DNA from: Bdellovibrionales bacterium
GTDB lineage: Bacteria > Bdellovibrionota > UBA1018
Assembly: GCA_016786465.1 (NCBI GenBank)
Contig: JAEUWC010000019.1
Span: 25,905-89,904, forward strand
Length of the DNA: 64,000 nt
Direction: 5' to 3'
Both the position numbers and the translations under genes were made by a program. Each line of letters begins with the position of its first letter. Position 1 is the first letter of the stretch. A model generated the notes under the pieces. That model did no database searches, was not told where the DNA came from, and worked only from the letters and a program-made list of their open reading frames with translations. Below, piece by piece: positions 1 to 8,547 of the stretch.

Positions 1-1
1 T

Positions 2-898
2 TTTGCCGTTTTCGCCGTCATCACTTTAGGGTTGGTTTCTTGCGCTAAAGAACGAACCTTAGAAGATTGGCGCCGCGATCGAGTCAGCGAACAGTTGGCT
101 CAGATTCAGGCGCGGTCTGGAACCTACAGCGGGGCAACCCAGCTTTCGACGGGAGAAATTCTGGGTTTCGAACTTCAAGTGGAACCGGATACTGAAATCA
201 GTCTGACTCGCGATTCGATCTCAACGGCGCCTCAGGCGGCACTTCAGGGGCGTGTGCGGATTTGGTTGGATCGCTCGGTGTACAGTCTGCGGTTTCGCGG
301 AGGTTTCATAGATCCAAATACCGGGGGCTTTAAAGCCGAAATTCCAGTGACGCTGCGAAATGGAACGATCGCAGAACTTGCTCTTTCGGGAACCCTGGAT
401 GCTGGTCGAGCCACCGGTCGTTTGGGCGCTGCAATCTACCCTGAGCTTTCGTCAAGCTTTGAAGCCAAGCTCAATTCAGTGCCGGTAAATTCTGAAAAGC
501 TGAAAGAAGAAATCCCGGCCCGTCTTGAGTACACGGGCAGTTTACTTTTTACGGATGGATCGACGTCAGATGCGATCTTTCGGATGATCCATAGTCCAGC
601 GACAACCGATCAGGAAATCTACGATCTTTTTGATGAAGTCCGCTGGACTCACGTCGAACTTTGGATCGACGGCGTATCTTATCTTTTCCCGGCACAATGG
701 CGGACCCAGGAAAAACGCTTAGTCGGGATTTTTTCGCAGGGGCAGGGTAGCGCCGGCGGAGCCACTTCGGGATTTGCGGGACGCTTGGAATGTTTTGAAA
801 AGGAAGGTGGCGCGGTCCGGGTTGGGTGGGAATGCGATTACAGCAGTGTTTCTGCTGCAAGCAGCGTTGGATTTAAATCTTCGCTGAAAAGAAAGTAG
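2..898 (+). CDS. Hypothetical lipoprotein, 5'-partial. The frame is open from window position 2 and encodes ...FAVFAVITLGLVSCAKE, a lipoprotein signal with lipobox LVSC, so the gene starts upstream of the window.
   Basis: The ORF in the track runs 32..898 but the same frame is open back to position 2, with a hydrophobic stretch and Cys lipobox. No recognisable catalytic motifs. Confidence 0.5.
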   Translation, partial: FAVFAVITLGLVSCAKERTLEDWRRDRVSEQLAQIQARSGTYSGATQLSTGEILGFELQVEPDTEISLTRDSISTAPQAALQGRVRIWLDRSVYSLRFRGGFIDPNTGGFKAEIPVTLRNGTIAELALSGTLDAGRATGRLGAAIYPELSSSFEAKLNSVPVNSEKLKEEIPARLEYTGSLLFTDGSTSDAIFRMIHSPATTDQEIYDLFDEVRWTHVELWIDGVSYLFPAQWRTQEKRLVGIFSQGQGSAGGATSGFAGRLECFEKEGGAVRVGWECDYSSVSAASSVGFKSSLKRK

Positions 899-906
899 GT
901 GGGCTG

Positions 907-1587
907 ATGAATTTTTTTTCGGTTGGCCTGATCCTTTTGCCTATGGTGTCCCTTGCTCAAGCGGATACTCGGGTCATTTTGCCAGAAGACCTGGCGATTT
1001 CTAGCTCGGTCGCTTCGACCCAATCCAGTTCAATACGATGGACGACTTTGGGCTTGGGAGTCCAGGCGGCGTCTTCTGGACAAATTTCAATTCCATCCCG
1101 AAATGGGACGCCTTCCGTTTTTCAATCGCCGTCGATTCCCTATTCCCAGCTTCAGCTTCGATTCACAGGTTTTGAAGCCTTGGGCGCAATGGATGGGCGG
1201 GCCGAACTTGATTTTGGAATCGGAGTCGTCAGCTATTCGCGAAATGGAACTTCAACCTTCATGAATGGTGGAGAAAGTTTCACGCAGCTATTGACGATGA
1301 TTCCATTTCAGCTGGGATACAGAAAGGCCCTGATCGGGCGCTTGGGACAATCTGGATGGACGACATTTATTCGCGGTGCCTTGACAGGCCAAATGGCAGT
1401 CAGCCCTCGATCGGTCTTTAGCGCGGGCCAAACTTTATGGGGCTACGGTGCGCAGGCGTCGCTTGGCCTAGAAAGGCGGGTTTCCAACTGGGGACTCAGT
1501 GCCGAACCTTTTGCTTCAGTAGGACGTCTGTCGGCGTCTGGGCTTAGATCCTTTGGTATCCAAGCGGGCCTATTGATTTATCTTTAA
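907..1587 (+). CDS. Hypothetical secreted or outer-membrane protein, 226 aa
   Basis: N-terminal signal peptide MNFFSVGLILLPMVSLAQA. Gly/Ser-rich with alternating amphipathic segments and ends ...GLLIYL. Starts 9 nt after the previous gene. Confidence 0.4.
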   Translation: MNFFSVGLILLPMVSLAQADTRVILPEDLAISSSVASTQSSSIRWTTLGLGVQAASSGQISIPSRNGTPSVFQSPSIPYSQLQLRFTGFEALGAMDGRAELDFGIGVVSYSRNGTSTFMNGGESFTQLLTMIPFQLGYRKALIGRLGQSGWTTFIRGALTGQMAVSPRSVFSAGQTLWGYGAQASLGLERRVSNWGLSAEPFASVGRLSASGLRSFGIQAGLLIYL

Positions 1588-1671
1588 TAAAAACAAATGG
1601 TTACTTAATAAATTCCCCGGCCTTACGGTTTGACACATTGCACCCATCCACGGTAAGCATGTCGGATTCGT

Positions 1672-3150
1672 ATGGGATTTCTGCGCCGAAAAAACCGACA
1701 GTCTTGGGCCCTGCTGGCCGGCTTATTTGCTGTGTTTTTTGCGTGTGGAAGTAACCAAAAACCGCTCCCAGAAAAAACCCCAATTGGTGACATCGCCACC
1801 CGAGACCTTGCCGAATCCATGCGCCTGATCAAGGAAGCGCAGATGACTTGCGCGGCCGGGGTTTTGGGAAGTCCTGAATGCAATCCTTCGGTCGCTTTAG
1901 TCGCAGTGGCGCTGGATACCAACGTCGCTGTTTGCACGGGTGCTTTGATTGAAGAAAACCTGGTCTTGACCGCTGCCAGCTGCCTTCCTCACGAACTGCG
2001 CGAAGAAGGCGCGAACTGTAAGGGCCGAATTCAATTTGCGTTTGCCGCTGATTCAACTCGATCCCCGGTTTCTGTGGGTTGTGATCGAGTAATCGAAATT
2101 TCGCAAAAACCTTCGGCACAAACCCGAGTGTCGCCTGATAGCGTGGTCATTCGGTTAGAGAAATCACCCAAGCGTCCGATCTTGGTGGTTCAAGAACAGG
2201 GCGGACTTTCGGATGGTGAAAAGGCGACGAGCTTTCGGATTTTCCGAGAAACCAACGGTGGATCGGGTTTTCTAGGGGCCAAAATCGAAAAAATCACTTG
2301 CCAGGCGAAAACGGGAAGCGTGGCGCTGCTCACTTACCAAGGACCTGGATCACCCAACGCTCTGGTTTCAGATTGTACCTTTCATAAGGATCAAAGGGGC
2401 GCACCGCTATTAGGAAAAACCGGAAACCTTCAGGCGATTTTGGGTTCGGAAATGCCCACTTTGGATGCGATGGGAGCATTCGGTACGCTTTTGGTATCAG
2501 GAAAAACCTTAAAACCCTTGATTTATGCCACTCAAGTGGGCTGCGCGCCGCTTTCCAGTATTTCCCTAAGGCGCCCAGGCCCCGGTTGCGACGCTGTTGA
2601 AAATTATAAAAGCAGCGATGAACTTGTGAAGACGGCTTTCAATCGAATGGACCAAGCCGCGCAAGATCGATCGCGCTTAGACATTGTGAAAGAATGGTCG
2701 AAAAAGCATCTTCCTCATCTTCAAGATGCGATTCGATGGCAGCCGCGACTTTTGCCAGCGAACTTGATCAAAATTTCTCAGTCGGGAAGCCCGAGCTTAC
2801 AAGACAATGTTTTCTTTCCTTTTCCCCAGTGTTTTGAAGATGCGACAAATTGGCGAAAAGATCGTCGGTTTCGTACGTTCCTGGACCTGTTCATGAAGTC
2901 GCGCTACACCGAAGGCCCGTTTGATCTTCCTCGGTGGGTGTTTCGACTTCGTCTTGACGAATACCTCAGGCCTGCTCCGGAAATCGTAGGTGCAATCGGG
3001 ACTGTCGAAGCAAAGCTTCATTTCAGCCCAGTGGGCGCAAAACGAAAAGGCGGATCGCCCGTGACGATGGAAGCGGCCGGTTCAAGCGGCGAGATGTCTG
3101 TCATTGCCGAAGAACAGGTTACCGTCTGTCCTAGCGCGACTTCACCTTGA
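1672..3150 (+). CDS. Lipoprotein with a degenerate (probably inactive) trypsin-like serine-protease fold
   Basis: Lipobox FFACGS. The motif CTGALIEENLVLTAASC mirrors the trypsin CGGSLI..WVLTAAHC, with the catalytic His replaced by Ser. The oxyanion/Ser195 block GDSGGP is replaced by DQRGAP. Confidence 0.5.
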   Translation: MGFLRRKNRQSWALLAGLFAVFFACGSNQKPLPEKTPIGDIATRDLAESMRLIKEAQMTCAAGVLGSPECNPSVALVAVALDTNVAVCTGALIEENLVLTAASCLPHELREEGANCKGRIQFAFAADSTRSPVSVGCDRVIEISQKPSAQTRVSPDSVVIRLEKSPKRPILVVQEQGGLSDGEKATSFRIFRETNGGSGFLGAKIEKITCQAKTGSVALLTYQGPGSPNALVSDCTFHKDQRGAPLLGKTGNLQAILGSEMPTLDAMGAFGTLLVSGKTLKPLIYATQVGCAPLSSISLRRPGPGCDAVENYKSSDELVKTAFNRMDQAAQDRSRLDIVKEWSKKHLPHLQDAIRWQPRLLPANLIKISQSGSPSLQDNVFFPFPQCFEDATNWRKDRRFRTFLDLFMKSRYTEGPFDLPRWVFRLRLDEYLRPAPEIVGAIGTVEAKLHFSPVGAKRKGGSPVTMEAAGSSGEMSVIAEEQVTVCPSATSP

Positions 3151-4597
3151 CCTTAAAGTTTCGAACCGGACCTATGATCGCTTTGCCATAGGCCGTATTT
3201 GAACTGACTCGCGCGTAGTAATTTCCCGGTTGAATCACGTAAAGTTCGCTGAAATTGATCAATACGGTCTTGGCAAACATGACCATTTGAAATTTGGGAT
3301 CAGACGCAATTTCAAGAAGGTATGATTTGGTTCGATCCGTGGTGTTCCAAGTGACCAAGGACTTCTTTCCCTTTTCAAGCGTCACGACTTCGCCCTCTTT
3401 GGGTTCCCGAACAACAGGTGGCGGAATCTTGAACTTCACCCGTTGCGTAGGGGATTCAAGTTCGAATCCCGATCGAAGAACGGCGGCGATCTTGTAATCG
3501 TACTGTGAAAGAGGGTCAAATTCTGGAAAAAGGACCGAGGGTTCCGTAACTTGAGTCGAAGTCACGGGTGCACCCTGAGCTGTCGTGATTCGAACTTTGT
3601 AATGCTTCGCAGGAACTTGTTCCCAATGCAGTCGGATTTGCGGAATCCAAGTGGGGTCCAAAAGCTTAAGCGCATTTTCAGCCGCTGCTTGAACGGTAAT
3701 TCGATTTTCACCCACGACCCGTTTTTGTGAATCCAAGACTCGGGTCACGTAATAACCTGGTTTTGCAAATGCCACTGGAACCGTGGCGCTGCCATCGGCA
3801 GCGGATTGGATCGGTTGAAGAACGCCCTTCGCGTTTGCTCCGGTATCGGCAACGATTTCCAGCATCGACCCTGGCAATGCCTTTTCAAGTTTGAAGCGAA
3901 TCTGAGTCACGACTTTTCCTGCTCGAGCCTGAGCCGCAGTCGGCTTTACGCTTCCGGCTTTCGGCGGAACTAGCCACTGAATATTTGATTTAACAAACGG
4001 CAGCACCGACGGGCTAGGTGTTGCAGAAGGTGCGACCTGAACGGGAACGGGCGGGGCTTTGGTGACTGAAAAAGTTTCGATGGGCTTTGGCGGAGCGACC
4101 ACTTTGGGAACAGTGGCTACGGCTTTGAACTTGGTCGACCAATCTTCTTGGGTCTTCTTGATTTTAATTTTTCCATCGCCACCTGAAAGCTGGCTAAAAT
4201 CAAAAGAAGCCAACGCCATTTCTCGGGTCAATTTCAGCAAAGAATCCGGTCCCATGCGGATTTCAAGATCGGGCTTTAGAACAAAGACGCACTCGGACTG
4301 GGGCCCGCTGACAATCGTGTCGTCGATGTAAAGGCTTTGGTTGGGCGTGACGGCGTCATAAACAAAGTTTTCACTGGGTTTTCGTTCGCAGCGGCCCGTA
4401 AATGACGAAACCAGTGCGATCGGTTCGCTCATTAGGGACGCATCATAAGTTCCAAAAATCCAATACCGGATTCGCTGTGACGACGTGGAAAGAAGCAAAA
4501 CCATCAAGGCCAGAAAAAGGGCGACGCCGATTGCGATCTTTTCGTAAAGCGGTACGCCTAATGGATCTTTTTCGGGTGCGACTGCGGCTGTGCTCAA
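3131..4597 (-). CDS. Membrane-anchored FecR-like domain protein with two C-terminal FN3-like repeats; paralogue of 8548..10419
   Basis: N-terminal TM helix IAIGVALFLALMVLLL. Central segment SLYIDDTIVSGPQSECVFVLKPDLEIRMGPDSLLKL resembles FecR (PF04773). The C-terminal ~60-aa units YKVRITT...VKFKI and YLLEIASDPKF...YYARV...FKVKV are shared with the 8548 protein. Confidence 0.45.
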   Translation of the reverse strand: MSTAAVAPEKDPLGVPLYEKIAIGVALFLALMVLLLSTSSQRIRYWIFGTYDASLMSEPIALVSSFTGRCERKPSENFVYDAVTPNQSLYIDDTIVSGPQSECVFVLKPDLEIRMGPDSLLKLTREMALASFDFSQLSGGDGKIKIKKTQEDWSTKFKAVATVPKVVAPPKPIETFSVTKAPPVPVQVAPSATPSPSVLPFVKSNIQWLVPPKAGSVKPTAAQARAGKVVTQIRFKLEKALPGSMLEIVADTGANAKGVLQPIQSAADGSATVPVAFAKPGYYVTRVLDSQKRVVGENRITVQAAAENALKLLDPTWIPQIRLHWEQVPAKHYKVRITTAQGAPVTSTQVTEPSVLFPEFDPLSQYDYKIAAVLRSGFELESPTQRVKFKIPPPVVREPKEGEVVTLEKGKKSLVTWNTTDRTKSYLLEIASDPKFQMVMFAKTVLINFSELYVIQPGNYYARVSSNTAYGKAIIGPVRNFKVKVKSR

Positions 4598-4613
4598 AAT
4601 CGCTCCTTAGGGT

Positions 4614-6437
4614 TTAATGAAGTTCAGCCATGACCAAGGTAATATCATCATCCAGCGGGCGGGGCCCTGTGTGGTCAAAGACGGCTTGTGTGACTTGCTG
4701 GATCCCAGCGCCAACGTCTGCGCGGCTAGCCGAGGTCAAGACATTGCGCAGGCCTTTTCTTCCAAATTGCTTCAATTCTGCGTTCATCGCTTCGATCAGA
4801 CCGTCGGTATAAAGAAATAGGCGATCACCCGGCTGGTAACTTAGGCCGATCATTTCCCAAGTGCTTGCGTCTAAATTTCTCGATTCGCCCAGGCGATTTC
4901 CACGCGGAGTCAGGCCTTTGATTGCTCCACCGCCGGAAAGTGAAACAAAATATTGGGGGTTGTGACCCGCGGATGAAGCGAAGATCTTCTTGGCTTGGTG
5001 ATCCACGACACACGCAAAGTAAGTCATCATGATGTCGCCTTGTGCAGAATCAAAAATGGCTCGATTGGCCAATTCTAAAACGCGTTTGGGCGAAATCTGG
5101 TCGGGTTGTTCGGTTGCGAATTTTTCAAACATCGAAAACGAAGACCGTGCAGCCGCGGTGATCAGCGCCGAGCTGACCCCGTGACCCGTGGCGTCTGCAA
5201 TTGCAAAAACGGTTTTGCCGGGAAATTCAGCGATTCCCCACCAATCACCACCGCATTCGCTTGCCGAGCGGTAAAAAGATGCGACTTGGCTTTGGGCTGT
5301 TGAAATGAATTCGCGGGGAAGAAGTTTTCCCTGGACCGCCTGTGCAATTTTCAGTTCCTGGTCTAGACGCGATTTTTCGACTAGATCTTGAATCAACGCT
5401 TTGATCTTTTGGCTCATGAAATCGAACGAACGGGCCAGTGCGCCGATTTCATCTTTGGATTCCACAGCGATTTCGATATCAAACTGACCTTCGCTGATCT
5501 GGTGGGTTGCGCGAAACAGATCCCGAATGGGCGAAGTAATTCGGCGAATCAGGAAGGTCCCGGCCAGAATCAAGACTGACATCAGCCCCATTCCGAAAAG
5601 AACGATCTTTTCAACCAAGCTGTACATCGCCTGAACGACCTTGCGGTATTCGGCGCGAACCAAGACGTAAATTCCCAGGTCTGTTTTCGAAAAGCTGGAA
5701 AGGTATTCTTTGTCGCCTGTGACTTTCTTGGAACCGTTCGGGAGCACGCTTTGTTTGGCGGATAAAAAAACTGGGTCTTGGCTAAATGTGGCCTGATTGG
5801 ATCCCAAGATTTGGGTCACATCTGAATCCATCAATGCGTAGCCCTGCGAATCGACAATCGAAAAGCGATTGGTTCCGGCAGACAGTGAATCGAAAAAGGT
5901 TTTCATCGAAACAAAGCCGACCAAAAGCGGTTCCGGACTTCCTTCGCCCAGAAGCAGAACCATTAGGCGGGGTTCTTTTGGGTCTTTCGTGACGTTTCTG
6001 AAAAGGTAGCGCTTGGTCTTTAATTCCGCCATCCACGGCAAAAGGTCGGGTTCGGCATCAAATCCTTTGCCGACTTTAATTGGCGGATTCACCGCTTTGG
6101 GTTTCGGATCTTCTGCAGTCACTTCGAAAAGTTCGAAACCTTCAAGCACGCTTTGATTCTGGAAGACCTGTTCTAAATTCGTTCCCGGAATTTTTGCAGA
6201 TGCAGCGACAGAACGAAGCACGTCCATCGCGCCTTTCAGGCGTCCGTTGATTTCGCGCGCAGAAAAACTAGCTTCTGAAACCTGGTTGTCAAAAACGCTG
6301 ACTTCTTTGTCAGAAACAAATAGGCGACTTGCCGTGAAACCCAGGAAACCAATGGAAACCAAAACGATCGCGATGAGCGCGAGCAGGATCTTTCCGGCCA
6401 CCGTGATTCGAATCGGAGTAGTTGAATCGGGTTTCAC
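4614..6437 (-). CDS. Membrane sensor phosphatase: TM, periplasmic domain, TM, HAMP, then PP2C (SpoIIE/RsbU family) Ser/Thr phosphatase
   Basis: Two TM helices flank a ~250-aa extracytoplasmic domain. The HAMP region is IRDLFRATHQISEGQFD..EIGALARSFDFMSQKI. PPM motifs are intact: GGDWW, IADATGHG, LFLYTDGLIEA, DDDITLVMAELH. Confidence 0.7.
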   Translation of the reverse strand: MKPDSTTPIRITVAGKILLALIAIVLVSIGFLGFTASRLFVSDKEVSVFDNQVSEASFSAREINGRLKGAMDVLRSVAASAKIPGTNLEQVFQNQSVLEGFELFEVTAEDPKPKAVNPPIKVGKGFDAEPDLLPWMAELKTKRYLFRNVTKDPKEPRLMVLLLGEGSPEPLLVGFVSMKTFFDSLSAGTNRFSIVDSQGYALMDSDVTQILGSNQATFSQDPVFLSAKQSVLPNGSKKVTGDKEYLSSFSKTDLGIYVLVRAEYRKVVQAMYSLVEKIVLFGMGLMSVLILAGTFLIRRITSPIRDLFRATHQISEGQFDIEIAVESKDEIGALARSFDFMSQKIKALIQDLVEKSRLDQELKIAQAVQGKLLPREFISTAQSQVASFYRSASECGGDWWGIAEFPGKTVFAIADATGHGVSSALITAAARSSFSMFEKFATEQPDQISPKRVLELANRAIFDSAQGDIMMTYFACVVDHQAKKIFASSAGHNPQYFVSLSGGGAIKGLTPRGNRLGESRNLDASTWEMIGLSYQPGDRLFLYTDGLIEAMNAELKQFGRKGLRNVLTSASRADVGAGIQQVTQAVFDHTGPRPLDDDITLVMAELH

Positions 6438-6486
6438 TGAGTCATAGGATAACCAAACATCCTAAAAACTCAAAACTTTCCAGCGG

Positions 6487-8370
6487 CTAAGCCGCTTTCT
6501 TTTGCGTTGCGCCAGCTGACAGATCTTTGCGCACGAAGTAGGCCTTTTTGGGGATCGCAAGAATCATCACAGTCGCGTCATCGGGAAGCGCGGCTGCGGC
6601 TTCTCCCCAGATTGCTGTGGCCTGTTCGGTCAGTTTTTCTGAAACCCGATCAGCTTGTGGTCCGAAGTGATCCACGGCTTGTGCGATTTCCTGGTACATC
6701 CGGTCTTGCGACAGAATTCTTTCGCCTTTCAGATTTCGGACGCCAAACCATCCAGGCGTGTGGAAAAACATCACATCTTCCGGGAGAAGTTCGAAGTATT
6801 CTTCTTTAAAAGTGTAGTCGGCCGAACGTCCCAGCGGGCCATTTTCACGAACACCCATTCGCATGAATCGAAACGAAAACACTTTTGGCGGTTCTTTGGG
6901 TTTAGGAGGCAGCCGATGGATCCATGGAGCAGGGCCGCTGCAATTCACCATTTGAATCAGGCCCGCGTGAATGTTGAAGATGTAAACGAACGCGTTCATG
7001 GTCGTTTGGCCTTTGCCGGTTGCAAACAACGTCGAGTTGAGTTGGTTCACCAGTCCCTGAAGCGTGGGGTCTTGGCGATTGGCCTTTAGGTTTCCAATAT
7101 ACGAACTTAAAGAACCGTGCATGGCGGCGGTCACCAACGCACCTTGAACACCGCGGTGATTGGTGTGACCGATGACTCCGATGGCGTAGTCACGAACTTG
7201 AAAAGTGGTCCACCAGTCCCCGCCAAATTCAGGGCAAGCCATCATTTTGCCAAAGATTTGAAGATTCTCATGCTTCAAGGCCTCGCGCGGCGTGAACTGT
7301 TCTTGGATCGTGGCAATCGTTTCGCGGTTTTTCTCGGTGGCGACTTTAGCGGCCGTTTGAGCCATCAAGCTATCAATCTTACCGGCCATAGCGTTGAAGG
7401 ATTCCCCAAGCGCTCCGATTTCGTCGTTGCCCATGATGTCAGCGCGAACTCGAAAGCTGAATTCACCCTTTGCGACCTGTGACGTCGCTTCCACCATTTG
7501 CCGAAGTCCTTCGGTCAATCGACGAACGAAGACCAGGGTTAAGCCGATCGCAATGGCTAGGATGCTTCCACCTAGGGTTAACGTGCGCAGAATCAGATCG
7601 CGAATAGCTGAAAACGCTGCATCTCGCGGAATGATTCCGATCACGGTCAGATCGCTGGGCTTGAGTCGCTGATAAGCGGCAATCATTTCGCCAAAATCCG
7701 TGTCCCAAAGCTGGGCTCCGGAATCAAAGTTTCCGTTAAGTACCGGGCGAACCAGTTTTTTGATTTGTCGCTCGGGCAGCATTCCGCGCTTGCCCTTGTA
7801 CTGGCCAAAGACCACGGTTCCCACCGGATCCACCAGATAAAGGTCAAACGAAGTTCCGTTTTCGCCCATTCCAAGATCGGGAAGTGCAAAGGCCACATAG
7901 GCTTTACGTGCAATCACGTTATCGTCGGCTCCGATTTGCTTAGGCGCAAATCCGATGACGACTTCTTGATTTTGGGTGCGGCCCACAAGATAGGGTTCTG
8001 AAACAAAACGTCGAGCCGTCCACCCCAGCGTGTCTAGGGCGCGCCCCTGGATGGCGCCTTCGGATCCAAAAGTCTTGGTCACCGAAAGACTTCCGTCTTC
8101 TGAAATATCCAAAAGCAAAAGACCGCGCAGGCCCAGCTTTTTGGATCGACCCCGAAAAAGGACTTCATTCGGGTCCGCGGTGTTGGGATTTTGACGCTGC
8201 TGAGGTCCAATGGATTGTTGGTGAAAAAGTTGAAGCAGCATCACGATGGATTCAATTTGGCTTTCAACGGACTTGGCGGCGGCTTGAACGCGATTGAAGT
8301 TAAAGTCGACCACGTACGAGCTCTTGTCCTCGACGATATGGGTCGTGCCCGCCAGCATCACGGCGCCCAA
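6487..8370 (-). CDS. Paralogous TM-HAMP-PP2C-like sensor protein with degenerate metal-binding motifs; the true start is probably upstream (about 8445) at a non-canonical CTG
   Basis: The HAMP (LRQMVEATSQVAKGEFS..EIGALGESFNAMAGKI) and PPM fold are recognisable, but DATGHG becomes GVIGHT and YTDG becomes HTPG. Homology to the paralogue's TM1 continues upstream of the first canonical start codon. Confidence 0.6.
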   Translation of the reverse strand: MGAVMLAGTTHIVEDKSSYVVDFNFNRVQAAAKSVESQIESIVMLLQLFHQQSIGPQQRQNPNTADPNEVLFRGRSKKLGLRGLLLLDISEDGSLSVTKTFGSEGAIQGRALDTLGWTARRFVSEPYLVGRTQNQEVVIGFAPKQIGADDNVIARKAYVAFALPDLGMGENGTSFDLYLVDPVGTVVFGQYKGKRGMLPERQIKKLVRPVLNGNFDSGAQLWDTDFGEMIAAYQRLKPSDLTVIGIIPRDAAFSAIRDLILRTLTLGGSILAIAIGLTLVFVRRLTEGLRQMVEATSQVAKGEFSFRVRADIMGNDEIGALGESFNAMAGKIDSLMAQTAAKVATEKNRETIATIQEQFTPREALKHENLQIFGKMMACPEFGGDWWTTFQVRDYAIGVIGHTNHRGVQGALVTAAMHGSLSSYIGNLKANRQDPTLQGLVNQLNSTLFATGKGQTTMNAFVYIFNIHAGLIQMVNCSGPAPWIHRLPPKPKEPPKVFSFRFMRMGVRENGPLGRSADYTFKEEYFELLPEDVMFFHTPGWFGVRNLKGERILSQDRMYQEIAQAVDHFGPQADRVSEKLTEQATAIWGEAAAALPDDATVMILAIPKKAYFVRKDLSAGATQKKAA

Positions 8371-8547
8371 GCTAAAGACCAGCGCCGAAGTGGTGAGGAA
8401 AACGATCTTGGTTCTGACTGAAATTCGGGTCGGGCTTTGGGACAGAAAAAGGGCCTCCTGAAGTCTTCTCTATTTCTTCGGGTTTTATGGGGAATATTTT
8501 GAGTCGTTTTTCAAGACCCACCAAAGGCGTGCCGATAAAGAGAGGCG

